A stretch of DNA of 34,205 bases from Christensenellaceae bacterium (GTDB taxonomy: Bacteria; Bacillota; Clostridia; Christensenellales; UBA1242), in contig JAIRSY010000040.1 in the NCBI GenBank assembly GCA_031255215.1, forward strand, positions 1 through 34,205, given 5' to 3'. The translations under genes and the position numbers were made by a program. The notes beneath the pieces are model-generated. The model was not told the DNA's origin and ran no database searches. It saw only the letters and a program-made list of their open reading frames with translations. This document shows, one piece after another, positions 26,514-33,844 of the stretch (its first letter is position 1; every line of letters starts with the position of its first letter).

Positions 26514-26558
26514 CACCGATGAAGTCACTTAATTACAGACAAGGCCTTCAAAACTTGT

Positions 26559-26587
26559 TTGCCCTCAATATTACCGTGTGTTATTAT
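26559..26587 (+). promoter_or_regulatory. Promoter abutting the start codon of the HExxH lipoprotein gene (leaderless-type)
   Basis: TTGCCC (26559-26564), 17-nt spacer ending in TGT, TATTAT (26582-26587), then 5 nt before the ATG at 26593. Confidence 0.45.
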
Positions 26588-26592
26588 ACCGT

Positions 26593-27804
26593 ATGAAAAA
26601 TGGGTCTAAAAATTCGGTTCGCTCTATTATCTTCGCCGCCCTTTTGGCTTTGAATATTTTTAATGGCTGTCAATCGACCAACAACCTTACTTCAACCGAA
26701 CCAAAAATGAAAACCGCAAAGGAATCCATGGCGGACGGAATTACGGATTTTTTCCAAGAATACGCGGATGACAACCCAAGACAAAGAAAATTTGAAACTG
26801 ATGAAGAAATTGTCGCCGCACGCAAAGAACTTGACGTCTTTTGGCGTGAAATTGAAGATGAAGTGCAAAATACCGACTTTTTATTGGAGGATTTGACCGG
26901 CGATTTGACCGAATGGGATTTTGAAACTTCGAAAAAAGCAAGAGATGTAATTAAAAAGGTTCTTTCCGTAATTGTGAGAAAGTTTGGATATCGTCAAGAA
27001 GTTGTAGATAAAGCCCTTGACGAAACGTTCTTTTATTTTGCAAGTGTGACAAAAGGTCATTTTAGACCGCCGTATAACGGTTTCTTTGACAATGAAGAAA
27101 CAAGACCAAAAATGCGGCAGCAGACAGGGAAAAGGCAAATAATTACAATAATCTCTAACGGTAAAAAAGAAGATGGTGAATACCAGGAAGAAACCATTAC
27201 CATCATGCATGAACTTGGACATTTATTGGAAATGAATGAATCTACCGCAGATTTATTCGCGGAGGTTGTGTTCGGGACCGACAGACGTCATGCGAATGAC
27301 CCAAAATACGATTCTACCTTCGATTATATATTACTTGAACGTGTGGGACATGCTAAATTTTGGAAGGCACTTCGTGAATCCGAAGAGGCATATAAACGGC
27401 TTTGGGATGAGAATATCGGGGAAATTCAATATGATGATATGATGAATCTTCGCGGAGCAATTTATTCGCATCATAATGCCAAAGGTGATAATAATTATCT
27501 TGCGGAAGAAATTGTAAAGACGGACGCCAACGATACCGTTTCCATATTATCATTTAGAGAGGTCTTTGACCACCTTATGTTGGAAGAAGACCCACAAGTA
27601 AAAAAAACTTTGCAAAAAATACTTGACAAACAAATTCAATTCATAAGAAATCTCGACAAAAAATCTTATCAAAAGTTACAATCAAGACTTCCTGAAATTC
27701 GAAAAGCGGCGAACGCATGTGTTGGAATTTGTTGCAGAGTTTTAGACAGAATGAAAAGCCGCGAATTGAACTTACAACTTGAAAATAATGACCTACTTCG
27801 TTAA
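26593..27804 (+). CDS. Putative lipoprotein with an HExxH zinc-metallopeptidase motif
   Basis: MKNGSKNSVRSIIFAALLALNIFNG-C is a lipobox-like signal. TIMHELGHLLE contains a single HELGH. I recognise no other family. Confidence 0.55.
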   Translation: MKNGSKNSVRSIIFAALLALNIFNGCQSTNNLTSTEPKMKTAKESMADGITDFFQEYADDNPRQRKFETDEEIVAARKELDVFWREIEDEVQNTDFLLEDLTGDLTEWDFETSKKARDVIKKVLSVIVRKFGYRQEVVDKALDETFFYFASVTKGHFRPPYNGFFDNEETRPKMRQQTGKRQIITIISNGKKEDGEYQEETITIMHELGHLLEMNESTADLFAEVVFGTDRRHANDPKYDSTFDYILLERVGHAKFWKALRESEEAYKRLWDENIGEIQYDDMMNLRGAIYSHHNAKGDNNYLAEEIVKTDANDTVSILSFREVFDHLMLEEDPQVKKTLQKILDKQIQFIRNLDKKSYQKLQSRLPEIRKAANACVGICCRVLDRMKSRELNLQLENNDLLR

Positions 27805-28224
27805 ATCTTGCTCGTTTTTCAAAATGTTAACGGATGAATTAACACGCCCTTTGTTTAGTTTCTTGTTGTCCGTTTTTAGATATTTCATCATTTGCGTCAA
27901 AGATGCGTGAATCTCCTCCTCTTTCATATTCTTTTTAAGCCATTCGCTTACCCATTGATTCATTATATTCGTCCATGGAATCCCCGATGAAATCGCCAAT
28001 ACATGCCAATAAAAAAGAAGATCCCCCAAAAATTCCGCCATCTCACTCTTACGCTCATCATTATACGGATGACCGGAAAAACCTACCCCATAAGTTATAC
28101 GTGCAATGTCACCAACCGCCTTCGATAAACCTAACGAACCAAACGCAAGTGCATTGTTCAAAGGCATTTTTTCCTCTAAAAGAAAATTCTCTACTATGTT
28201 GCGTATCCTGACCTGTTCCTCCAT
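27793..28224 (-). CDS. MazG-like nucleotide pyrophosphohydrolase-domain protein
   Basis: 143 aa, all-helical. ...LSKAVGDIARI...EMAEFLGDLLFYWHVLAISSGI resembles the MazG EExxE/D helical pair. Weak call. Confidence 0.4.
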   Translation of the reverse strand: MEEQVRIRNIVENFLLEEKMPLNNALAFGSLGLSKAVGDIARITYGVGFSGHPYNDERKSEMAEFLGDLLFYWHVLAISSGIPWTNIMNQWVSEWLKKNMKEEEIHASLTQMMKYLKTDNKKLNKGRVNSSVNILKNEQDLTK

Positions 28225-28250
28225 ATCTTTTCACCTCCCTCTCTTCTTAC

Positions 28251-28994
28251 TTAATTATCTCTCTTGTCAAAATTTGTGCCAAAACAAAATTTGGCATAAA
28301 CCTCTTTGCCGGGCAACGGCGTCTTTTCCATCTTCTCCACAAACCTCTTGCGATTGAACTTTATGTTTACCTTGTAAATATCAAAGTTTGGATCGTCCCC
28401 CATCGTCTCATTTACATCAAAATAAGTATAAAATGTATGTTCACCGTGAACACAGCCGGACGAACCATTGCAAATAAACGAATCGCCCTGTTCATCAATA
28501 ATAAGTTTCCTTGCGTGTAAATGACCAAAGAAAACAACGTTGCATTTTGTATATGAAAAAAGGTTTTTAAGTTTTAACTCGCTGAATTCATCTGTTTCCT
28601 CCCTCAATGTCCCCGCCTTGTCGTGGCTGTAATGTGTAAAACAAATATCAAAACCTTTATAATGAATCTTTTGCTCTATCGGCATTAAACGTATGAAATT
28701 AAGGTCATCACGCGTCAAGGTCTTGAAAACATATTCAATATGTTCCGCATCCGCATAGGTCCTTGTCTCCGCCGATTTGTCATAACGGGAAACACGCTGC
28801 TCATGATTGCCCGCAAGACATTCCACTTTGCTTTTTTTTAACAATTTCAAACAGGCGGAAGAATCGGGACCGAACATGATTGCATCACCCAAAAAAAATG
28901 TCTTCTTAATCTTTCGGTTCCTCTTTATGTGTCTTAAAATTGCCTCCAACGCTTCAAGATTCCCGTGAATATCGCCAAAAACTGCTATTGCCAT
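28251..28994 (-). CDS. Calcineurin-like metallophosphoesterase
   Basis: Motifs in canonical order: FGDIHGN, LGDAIMFGP, GNHE, GHLH. Confidence 0.8.
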   Translation of the reverse strand: MAIAVFGDIHGNLEALEAILRHIKRNRKIKKTFFLGDAIMFGPDSSACLKLLKKSKVECLAGNHEQRVSRYDKSAETRTYADAEHIEYVFKTLTRDDLNFIRLMPIEQKIHYKGFDICFTHYSHDKAGTLREETDEFSELKLKNLFSYTKCNVVFFGHLHARKLIIDEQGDSFICNGSSGCVHGEHTFYTYFDVNETMGDDPNFDIYKVNIKFNRKRFVEKMEKTPLPGKEVYAKFCFGTNFDKRDN

Positions 28995-29063
28995 ATCATG
29001 TATTATATATTAGGTGCCAATTACAAACAAGCATTTTTTACACCGCACAAAAAAAAACGTCCG

Positions 29064-29273
29064 TCAATCCGTCAACCCCAACAAATAATCTATGCTCTCA
29101 TTCAATTCCCGTGCAATCAAAAGCAAGGTGCTTAGATCCGGCTCATGCTTACCGCTGCACCAATTCGTCACCGTTGGTTGTGTAGTTTTTAACTTTTTGG
29201 CAAATGCCAAATGACTAAATCCGTGCAAACACAAACTCTCTCGTAATCGCCGTGCAAACTTATTCTGCTCCAC
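29064..29273 (-). CDS. XRE-family HTH regulator (left arm of a divergent pair)
   Basis: 69 aa with FARRLRESLCLHGFSHLAFAKKLKTTQPTVTNWCSGKHEPDLSTLLLIARELNESIDYLLG. GTG start at 29273, with TATAAT (29284-29279) 5 nt upstream. Confidence 0.75.
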   Translation of the reverse strand: MEQNKFARRLRESLCLHGFSHLAFAKKLKTTQPTVTNWCSGKHEPDLSTLLLIARELNESIDYLLGLTD

Positions 29274-29281
29274 GCCTTATT

Positions 29282-29300
29282 ATATAAGAAACACTTATAT
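29282..29300. promoter_or_regulatory. Operator O1: ATATAAG-N5-CTTATAT palindrome
   Basis: Perfect 7-bp inverted arms separated by 5 nt. Overlaps the -10 of the leftward promoter. Confidence 0.65.
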
Positions 29301-29305
29301 TTTTC

Positions 29306-29334
29306 TTGACACATAAGAGATGCTTATGTATAAT
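29306..29334 (+). promoter_or_regulatory. Consensus sigma-70 promoter of the rightward XRE gene (leaderless-type)
   Basis: TTGACA (29306-29311), 17-nt spacer, TATAAT (29329-29334), then 6 nt before the ATG at 29341. Confidence 0.7.
29312..29328. promoter_or_regulatory. Operator O2: CATAAG-N5-CTTATG palindrome filling the promoter spacer
   Basis: Perfect 6-bp arms (7 bp if A29311/T29329 are included), sharing the ATAAG/CTTAT half-site with O1. The centres are 29 bp apart. Confidence 0.65.
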
Positions 29335-29340
29335 ACAATA

Positions 29341-29583
29341 ATGCAAAACACATTTATTAAAAATCTAAAAAGAACAATGGCGGAGAATGAAATCAATCAA
29401 ACGGGTCTTACCGAAATGTTAGGAATGGCACAAAGCCGGGTTTCCAATTGGCTGAACGGAAAATCTGTCCCTACAATAACATCATTGGTACGGCTATGCA
29501 AAAAACTAAAAATTGATTCAAAGATTTATTTCGTTAAAAAAATGAAAGTTGTTTGGCGGATTTTATTTCGTTTTGAGAAATGA
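29341..29583 (+). CDS. XRE-family HTH regulator (right arm of the divergent pair)
   Basis: MQNTFIKNLKRTMAENEINQTGLTEMLGMAQSRVSNWLNGKSVPTITSLVRLCKKLKI. The ORF-track ATG at 29320 lies inside the promoter spacer, so I use 29341. The last 50 nt overlap the convergent SLOG-like gene. Confidence 0.75.
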   Translation: MQNTFIKNLKRTMAENEINQTGLTEMLGMAQSRVSNWLNGKSVPTITSLVRLCKKLKIDSKIYFVKKMKVVWRILFRFEK

Positions 29584-29998
29584 ATTTTCTTTCGTTGTTC
29601 AAAAAGATTATGACGTCCTTATTTTTATCAATAAGATTTGTTATATTGTTCATCGTGCCTTTACTTTGTCCATTCCAAATCATAAATCCAAGGTCACAAT
29701 CAAATGCAAGGGCGATGTCCTTTACCGCATGAAGGTTCCGCCCATGTTTGCCGCCGGTCAAGCCCGTTATTTTATTTACATTCCAATTGCCGATATTACT
29801 TCGAACCGAGAGGTCACTGCTATAAACAACGACATTTCTATATCCTTTTTCAAATAGATATTTTTGAACCGCCGAATCCGCACCGCCGGCATCACCTATC
29901 AAAATTGTGTCCCCATTTTCAATATAACTTTCAAGTTTTTCCTCAACCATTTCGTCAAGGGAATTTATTTTGATAGACCCTCCTATAAAAACTTTCAT
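29534..29998 (-). CDS. Small SLOG-like (Smf/DprA-LOG-YpsA superfamily) Rossmann-type protein
   Basis: 154 aa with MKVFIGGS..., LIGDAGGADSAVQKYL, VVVYSS and MIWNGQSKGTMNNI, the paired glycine-rich loops typical of SLOG proteins. Its start overlaps the stop of the upstream gene (ATGA). Confidence 0.5.
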   Translation of the reverse strand: MKVFIGGSIKINSLDEMVEEKLESYIENGDTILIGDAGGADSAVQKYLFEKGYRNVVVYSSDLSVRSNIGNWNVNKITGLTGGKHGRNLHAVKDIALAFDCDLGFMIWNGQSKGTMNNITNLIDKNKDVIIFLNNERKFISQNEIKSAKQLSFF

Positions 29999-30573
29999 CT
30001 CAACACCGTCCCTTTATTGCGTTTTCGAGTCAAGGCCAAAACATAAATTTCCCCGACCTTATCATCACTTTTCAAAACTTCACAAGTTTTCAAAAGCGAT
30101 GTTCCGGTGTTGTATAAATCGTCAACCAAAAGGACATTGGACACACGTTCAAATCTTATGTTGATTTCAATCACAAGGTCATAAGCACCGTTTTTTGCAC
30201 TCTTTTCACTTAAATTTATTAAACAATTATCTACATACGGAACTTTTAATCTATTCGCAATATATTTTGTAATTACCGCAAGCGGTTGGACAATCCTTGG
30301 TGTTGAAGGCGGAAGATTTATCACAAAATCAATTTTTTTACCAGAAAGCCACTCCAACAAAAAATCTTGGGTCAATTCCCAAATTTCCTTTGATGTATCA
30401 AGATGTTTATTATATTTGAAGTCATAAAGCAATCCGCCCAACTCCGTATAAATTGTATCAAATGAACCTCCGACCGCCGACGATGAAACCGTATGTTCAT
30501 CTAACACATATCCATCCTGCCAATTCCCAAAGATTTTAATCGGTGATATCCTCATCAAAGACAAGATTAACAC
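29995..30573 (-). CDS. ComF-type phosphoribosyltransferase-domain protein lacking the zinc ribbon
   Basis: PRPP loop NVLLVDDLYNTGTSL near the C-terminus, IDFVINLPPS and QPLAVITKYIA as in ComF-family proteins, and no N-terminal CxxC pairs. The start is uncertain: GTG 30573, TTG 30564 (preceded by AAGGTG) or ATG 30555. Confidence 0.65.
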   Translation of the reverse strand: MLILSLMRISPIKIFGNWQDGYVLDEHTVSSSAVGGSFDTIYTELGGLLYDFKYNKHLDTSKEIWELTQDFLLEWLSGKKIDFVINLPPSTPRIVQPLAVITKYIANRLKVPYVDNCLINLSEKSAKNGAYDLVIEINIRFERVSNVLLVDDLYNTGTSLLKTCEVLKSDDKVGEIYVLALTRKRNKGTVLR

Positions 30574-30576
30574 CTT

Positions 30577-32316
30577 TTATAAAATTTTAATATCATATTT
30601 TTTAAGCCAATAATTGATTTGAAGAAAATATGCAATTGTTTGCGGACGTGCCATAAGCTGCCCATACCAAAATTCGTCCCTAAATTGCTTTAATGAAACC
30701 AAATCTATGATTTTATGAATCGGTTCATCCCTATTGTCAATGACATCCTGCATTTCATCTTCAAGCATTTTCAAGTAATCAGGGTTAAAAGTTTTTGGAT
30801 ACGGCGACTTCTTGCGTCCCTTAATCTCTTTCGGTAAAATATCCGCAAAGGCATCGCGAAGAACACTCTTCTCAATTCCTCCTCGGTATTTATATTCAAA
30901 CGGTAAATTGTAACATAATTCAACAAGGCGGTAATCGGCAAACGGAACGCGGACCTCCAACCCATTATACATACTCATTCTATCTTTTCGGTCAAGTAAA
31001 GTCTGCATAAAATAATCCATATTAAGTTTCATCATTTGCCTATGATTAAGTTTGACATTTTTCTTTACACCGCTTACAAGTGCCTTTTTATATTTGTTTT
31101 TCAAAAATGAAAGACGATATTCTTGATTGTCCGCCCAAGGGAAACCGCCGTGCATTGCCGATTCATAAAACCACCGGTATCCGCCAAAGATTTCATCTGC
31201 ACATTCCCCGGACAACGCAACCGTTACCTTTTTCTTTATATCCTTACAAAAAATCAAAAGTGATGCATCAATATCCGCCATTCCCGGCAACCCCCTTGCA
31301 TCAACGGCAAGTTTTAGACTTTGAAACAATTGATTTGTCGTTATAACGGTCTTATTGTTCTTTGTCTTCATTTGTTCAATATAATAATCATCCGGTGCAC
31401 TTTGAAATTTTGTTTTTTGAAAGTATTTATCGTTATCCTGATAAAAAACCGAAAATGTTTCTAAATTGTCTTTCGGCGATGATGACAATCTTTCCCGTCT
31501 TGCAATTGCGGTTATAATACTGCTGTCAATGCCTCCGCTTAAAAAGGTTCCAATGGGCACATCACTTACTAATTGCCTCATTATCGCGTCCTCCGCTAAA
31601 TTCCGCACCTCAAGAACACTCTCCTCATAACTCTTTGTATATTCCCTTTCTTTTAACTTCCAATAAGTCTTCCTCTTGACTTTTATCTTTCCGTCTTCAA
31701 CTTTGACTTTCATAAACTGGGCGGGTTTTAATTCATTTATATTTTTCAAAGGCGTTTTCCCCGAATCGCGTCCCGGCCCCATCAAAATAAATTGACGGAC
31801 GCCGCGTTTATCCAACATCCTCGGCACATTTGAATTGGCAAGCAGAGTTGGAATTTCACTCCCAAAAACGAATTGTCCTTTTAATGGATTGCAGTAAAAG
31901 AATAAAGGCTTTACCCCGATTCTGTCTCTCGCTAAAAACAATTGATTGGTATTTATATCAAGAACCGCAAAAGCAAAGATGCCGTTAAGTTTTTGCAGTG
32001 CATTTTCCTTCCACTCCGCATATGCGTGAATTAAAACCTCGGTATCACCGGTTCCAAAAAACCGATGCCCCAACGCCAACAATTCCCGTTTAATTTCCCT
32101 TGTATTATAAAGTTCACCATTATAAATCAAAATGTAATTTTGAAAACGCATGGGCTGCCGCCCTTTTTCAATATCAACAACCGCAAGTCTTGTATGAAGA
32201 AGTGTCCAATCACCTTCAAAAATCCCGTTTTGGTCGGGGCCCCGCCGTTTCAAAGTTTCCTGCATTTCAATCGCAATGTTTTTATTCCTGCCAAAAAATC
32301 CCGCTATTCCACACAT
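30577..32316 (-). CDS. Asparagine synthase (glutamine-hydrolysing)-family amidotransferase
   Basis: 579 aa. MCGIAG N-terminus (Cys2 nucleophile), PP-loop FLSGGIDSS, and LSGECADEIFGGY. Confidence 0.85.
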   Translation of the reverse strand: MCGIAGFFGRNKNIAIEMQETLKRRGPDQNGIFEGDWTLLHTRLAVVDIEKGRQPMRFQNYILIYNGELYNTREIKRELLALGHRFFGTGDTEVLIHAYAEWKENALQKLNGIFAFAVLDINTNQLFLARDRIGVKPLFFYCNPLKGQFVFGSEIPTLLANSNVPRMLDKRGVRQFILMGPGRDSGKTPLKNINELKPAQFMKVKVEDGKIKVKRKTYWKLKEREYTKSYEESVLEVRNLAEDAIMRQLVSDVPIGTFLSGGIDSSIITAIARRERLSSSPKDNLETFSVFYQDNDKYFQKTKFQSAPDDYYIEQMKTKNNKTVITTNQLFQSLKLAVDARGLPGMADIDASLLIFCKDIKKKVTVALSGECADEIFGGYRWFYESAMHGGFPWADNQEYRLSFLKNKYKKALVSGVKKNVKLNHRQMMKLNMDYFMQTLLDRKDRMSMYNGLEVRVPFADYRLVELCYNLPFEYKYRGGIEKSVLRDAFADILPKEIKGRKKSPYPKTFNPDYLKMLEDEMQDVIDNRDEPIHKIIDLVSLKQFRDEFWYGQLMARPQTIAYFLQINYWLKKYDIKIL

Positions 32317-32321
32317 ATTTC

Positions 32322-32350
32322 ATTATATTGAAATCATTTCCATTTGTTAC
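32322..32350 (-). promoter_or_regulatory. Promoter abutting the start codon of the AsnB-like gene (leaderless-type)
   Basis: On the minus strand: GTAACA (32350-32345), 17-nt spacer, TATAAT (32327-32322), then 5 nt before the ATG at 32316. No SD. The start is fixed by the obligatory Met-Cys N-terminus. Confidence 0.55.
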
Positions 32351-32413
32351 GCCTTAATTAAGCAAGAAGTAATAAGTTTGGATAATATATATTGTTTCCT
32401 TACTTCTTCCTTT

Positions 32414-33124
32414 TTATTTAATTTCAACCGGTTTGTGTTTAAGTTTATCCGTGGACGATAAATAATATTGTATGCCGTTCTTTTCGCAAGATAATGCGTT
32501 GCCGAAATTGCCGTGCAAATGTCCATAAACGACCGCGGAAACTTTGAAAGTCTCACAAAGTCTTGTAAAGTCACTGTCATCTCTATTACTATTGAATGGG
32601 GGATAATGCAAAATTACAACAACCTTTGGATTTTTAATGTTTTCCGCGTAACTCTTTCTTACCGAATCTTCAAGTGCCAACTGCAAACGCACAACCTCCC
32701 GGTTATAAATCTTCTTGTCCTCATCGGTCTGGGTCTCCCTGCGTTCCGGAGTATGCCAACCTCTTGTTCCAACAAAGACATAATTGCCGAAAACAATGCT
32801 GTCATTTTGAAGTGCGAAAATATCCGGTGCAACAAATTCTCTTATTTGAGCAATACTTTTCCACCAATAATCATGGTTCCCCCTTATGATTATTTTCTTA
32901 CCATTTAACCGATGTATAAATTCAAAATCTTTCTTGGTCTTCTCCATCTTCATCGCCCACGAAATATCACCGGCAATAATCCCTATATCATCTTTCCCAA
33001 CAATAAAGTTCCAATTCTTTTCAATTTCTTTCTCATAGTCCTTCCATCCATCACCAAAAATATCCATAGGCTTTCCCTCTACTTCAAAAGATAAATGAAA
33101 GTCAGATAAAGCGAAAATCTTCAC
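32414..33124 (-). CDS. Calcineurin-like metallophosphoesterase (second one)
   Basis: FALSDFHL, IAGDIS, RGNHDYWW, YGHLHG. I place the start at the GTG at 33124, 6 nt after a GGGAGG SD. The longer ORF-track version overlaps rluA-like coding sequence. Confidence 0.8.
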   Translation of the reverse strand: MKIFALSDFHLSFEVEGKPMDIFGDGWKDYEKEIEKNWNFIVGKDDIGIIAGDISWAMKMEKTKKDFEFIHRLNGKKIIIRGNHDYWWKSIAQIREFVAPDIFALQNDSIVFGNYVFVGTRGWHTPERRETQTDEDKKIYNREVVRLQLALEDSVRKSYAENIKNPKVVVILHYPPFNSNRDDSDFTRLCETFKVSAVVYGHLHGNFGNALSCEKNGIQYYLSSTDKLKHKPVEIK

Positions 33125-33734
33125 GAAATACCTCCCAAATTCCATCCTCCGGATATACCACAAACGATAACTTCTCCTTTGTTGTAGGATGACAGAACGA
33201 AAGTTTATAACTCCAAAGAGCAATGTTACCCTTACTTGCACGCGGGTTATATCTTATGTCGCCAAAAAGAGGACAGCCAATATTTTTAAGTTGAACCCGA
33301 ATTTGATGGCTTCTGCCCGTCTCTAATTCCACCATTAAAAACGATAAATTCTTAACCGTTTTAACAACTTCATACCTCAACTCGGCATAAATCGCCCCCT
33401 CGGTCGCCTGCGGAACAACGGATACAACATTTCTTTTCTCATCTTTTATCAAATAGTTTTTAAGCGTTTGTCCCCGCTCCCTCGGGACACCCTCAACAAC
33501 ACAAAGGTATTTTTTTTCAACCTCCCTCTTCCTTATCTGCTCGCTTAACCTCTCCGCCGCCTTCCTGCTCTTTGCAAATACCATAACTCCGCCCGTAACA
33601 GCGTCCAGCCGGTGGACAGACTTTACAACCGTCCCCGTCTCCCCTAATCGCCGCATCACCTCTTCATATTCAATATTTTGAGGCTTTATAATGACGACGA
33701 TATGATTGTCCTCATGAATAATAGGTATTTCCAT
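33102..33734 (-). CDS. RluA-family pseudouridine synthase (no S4 domain)
   Basis: IIHEDNHIVVIIKP, catalytic HRLDAVTGGVMVFAKS, and RSHQIRVQL. Confidence 0.85.
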   Translation of the reverse strand: MEIPIIHEDNHIVVIIKPQNIEYEEVMRRLGETGTVVKSVHRLDAVTGGVMVFAKSRKAAERLSEQIRKREVEKKYLCVVEGVPRERGQTLKNYLIKDEKRNVVSVVPQATEGAIYAELRYEVVKTVKNLSFLMVELETGRSHQIRVQLKNIGCPLFGDIRYNPRASKGNIALWSYKLSFCHPTTKEKLSFVVYPEDGIWEVFREDFRFI

Positions 33735-33844
33735 GCCTTTCGCGTCCCTCCTTTATAAATTTATTCCTGTGCCATAACTAAATAAAAACATTTTACACTA
33801 AATTACTAATAATGTTAATATATTTAGATAAGGAGGTAACAATC

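Noticed and set aside
30577-32316. The AsnB-like protein as a lasso-peptide cyclase, with the Cys-rich mini-ORF (33845-33910) as its precursor.
   Set aside because: The intact MCGIAG glutaminase N-terminus is typical of true amidotransferases, not lasso cyclases. No B-type protease, RRE or ABC exporter is present. The mini-ORF is 1.5 kb away on the other strand, behind two unrelated genes, and it lacks a Gly/Ala-1 plus Asp/Glu-7-9 core.
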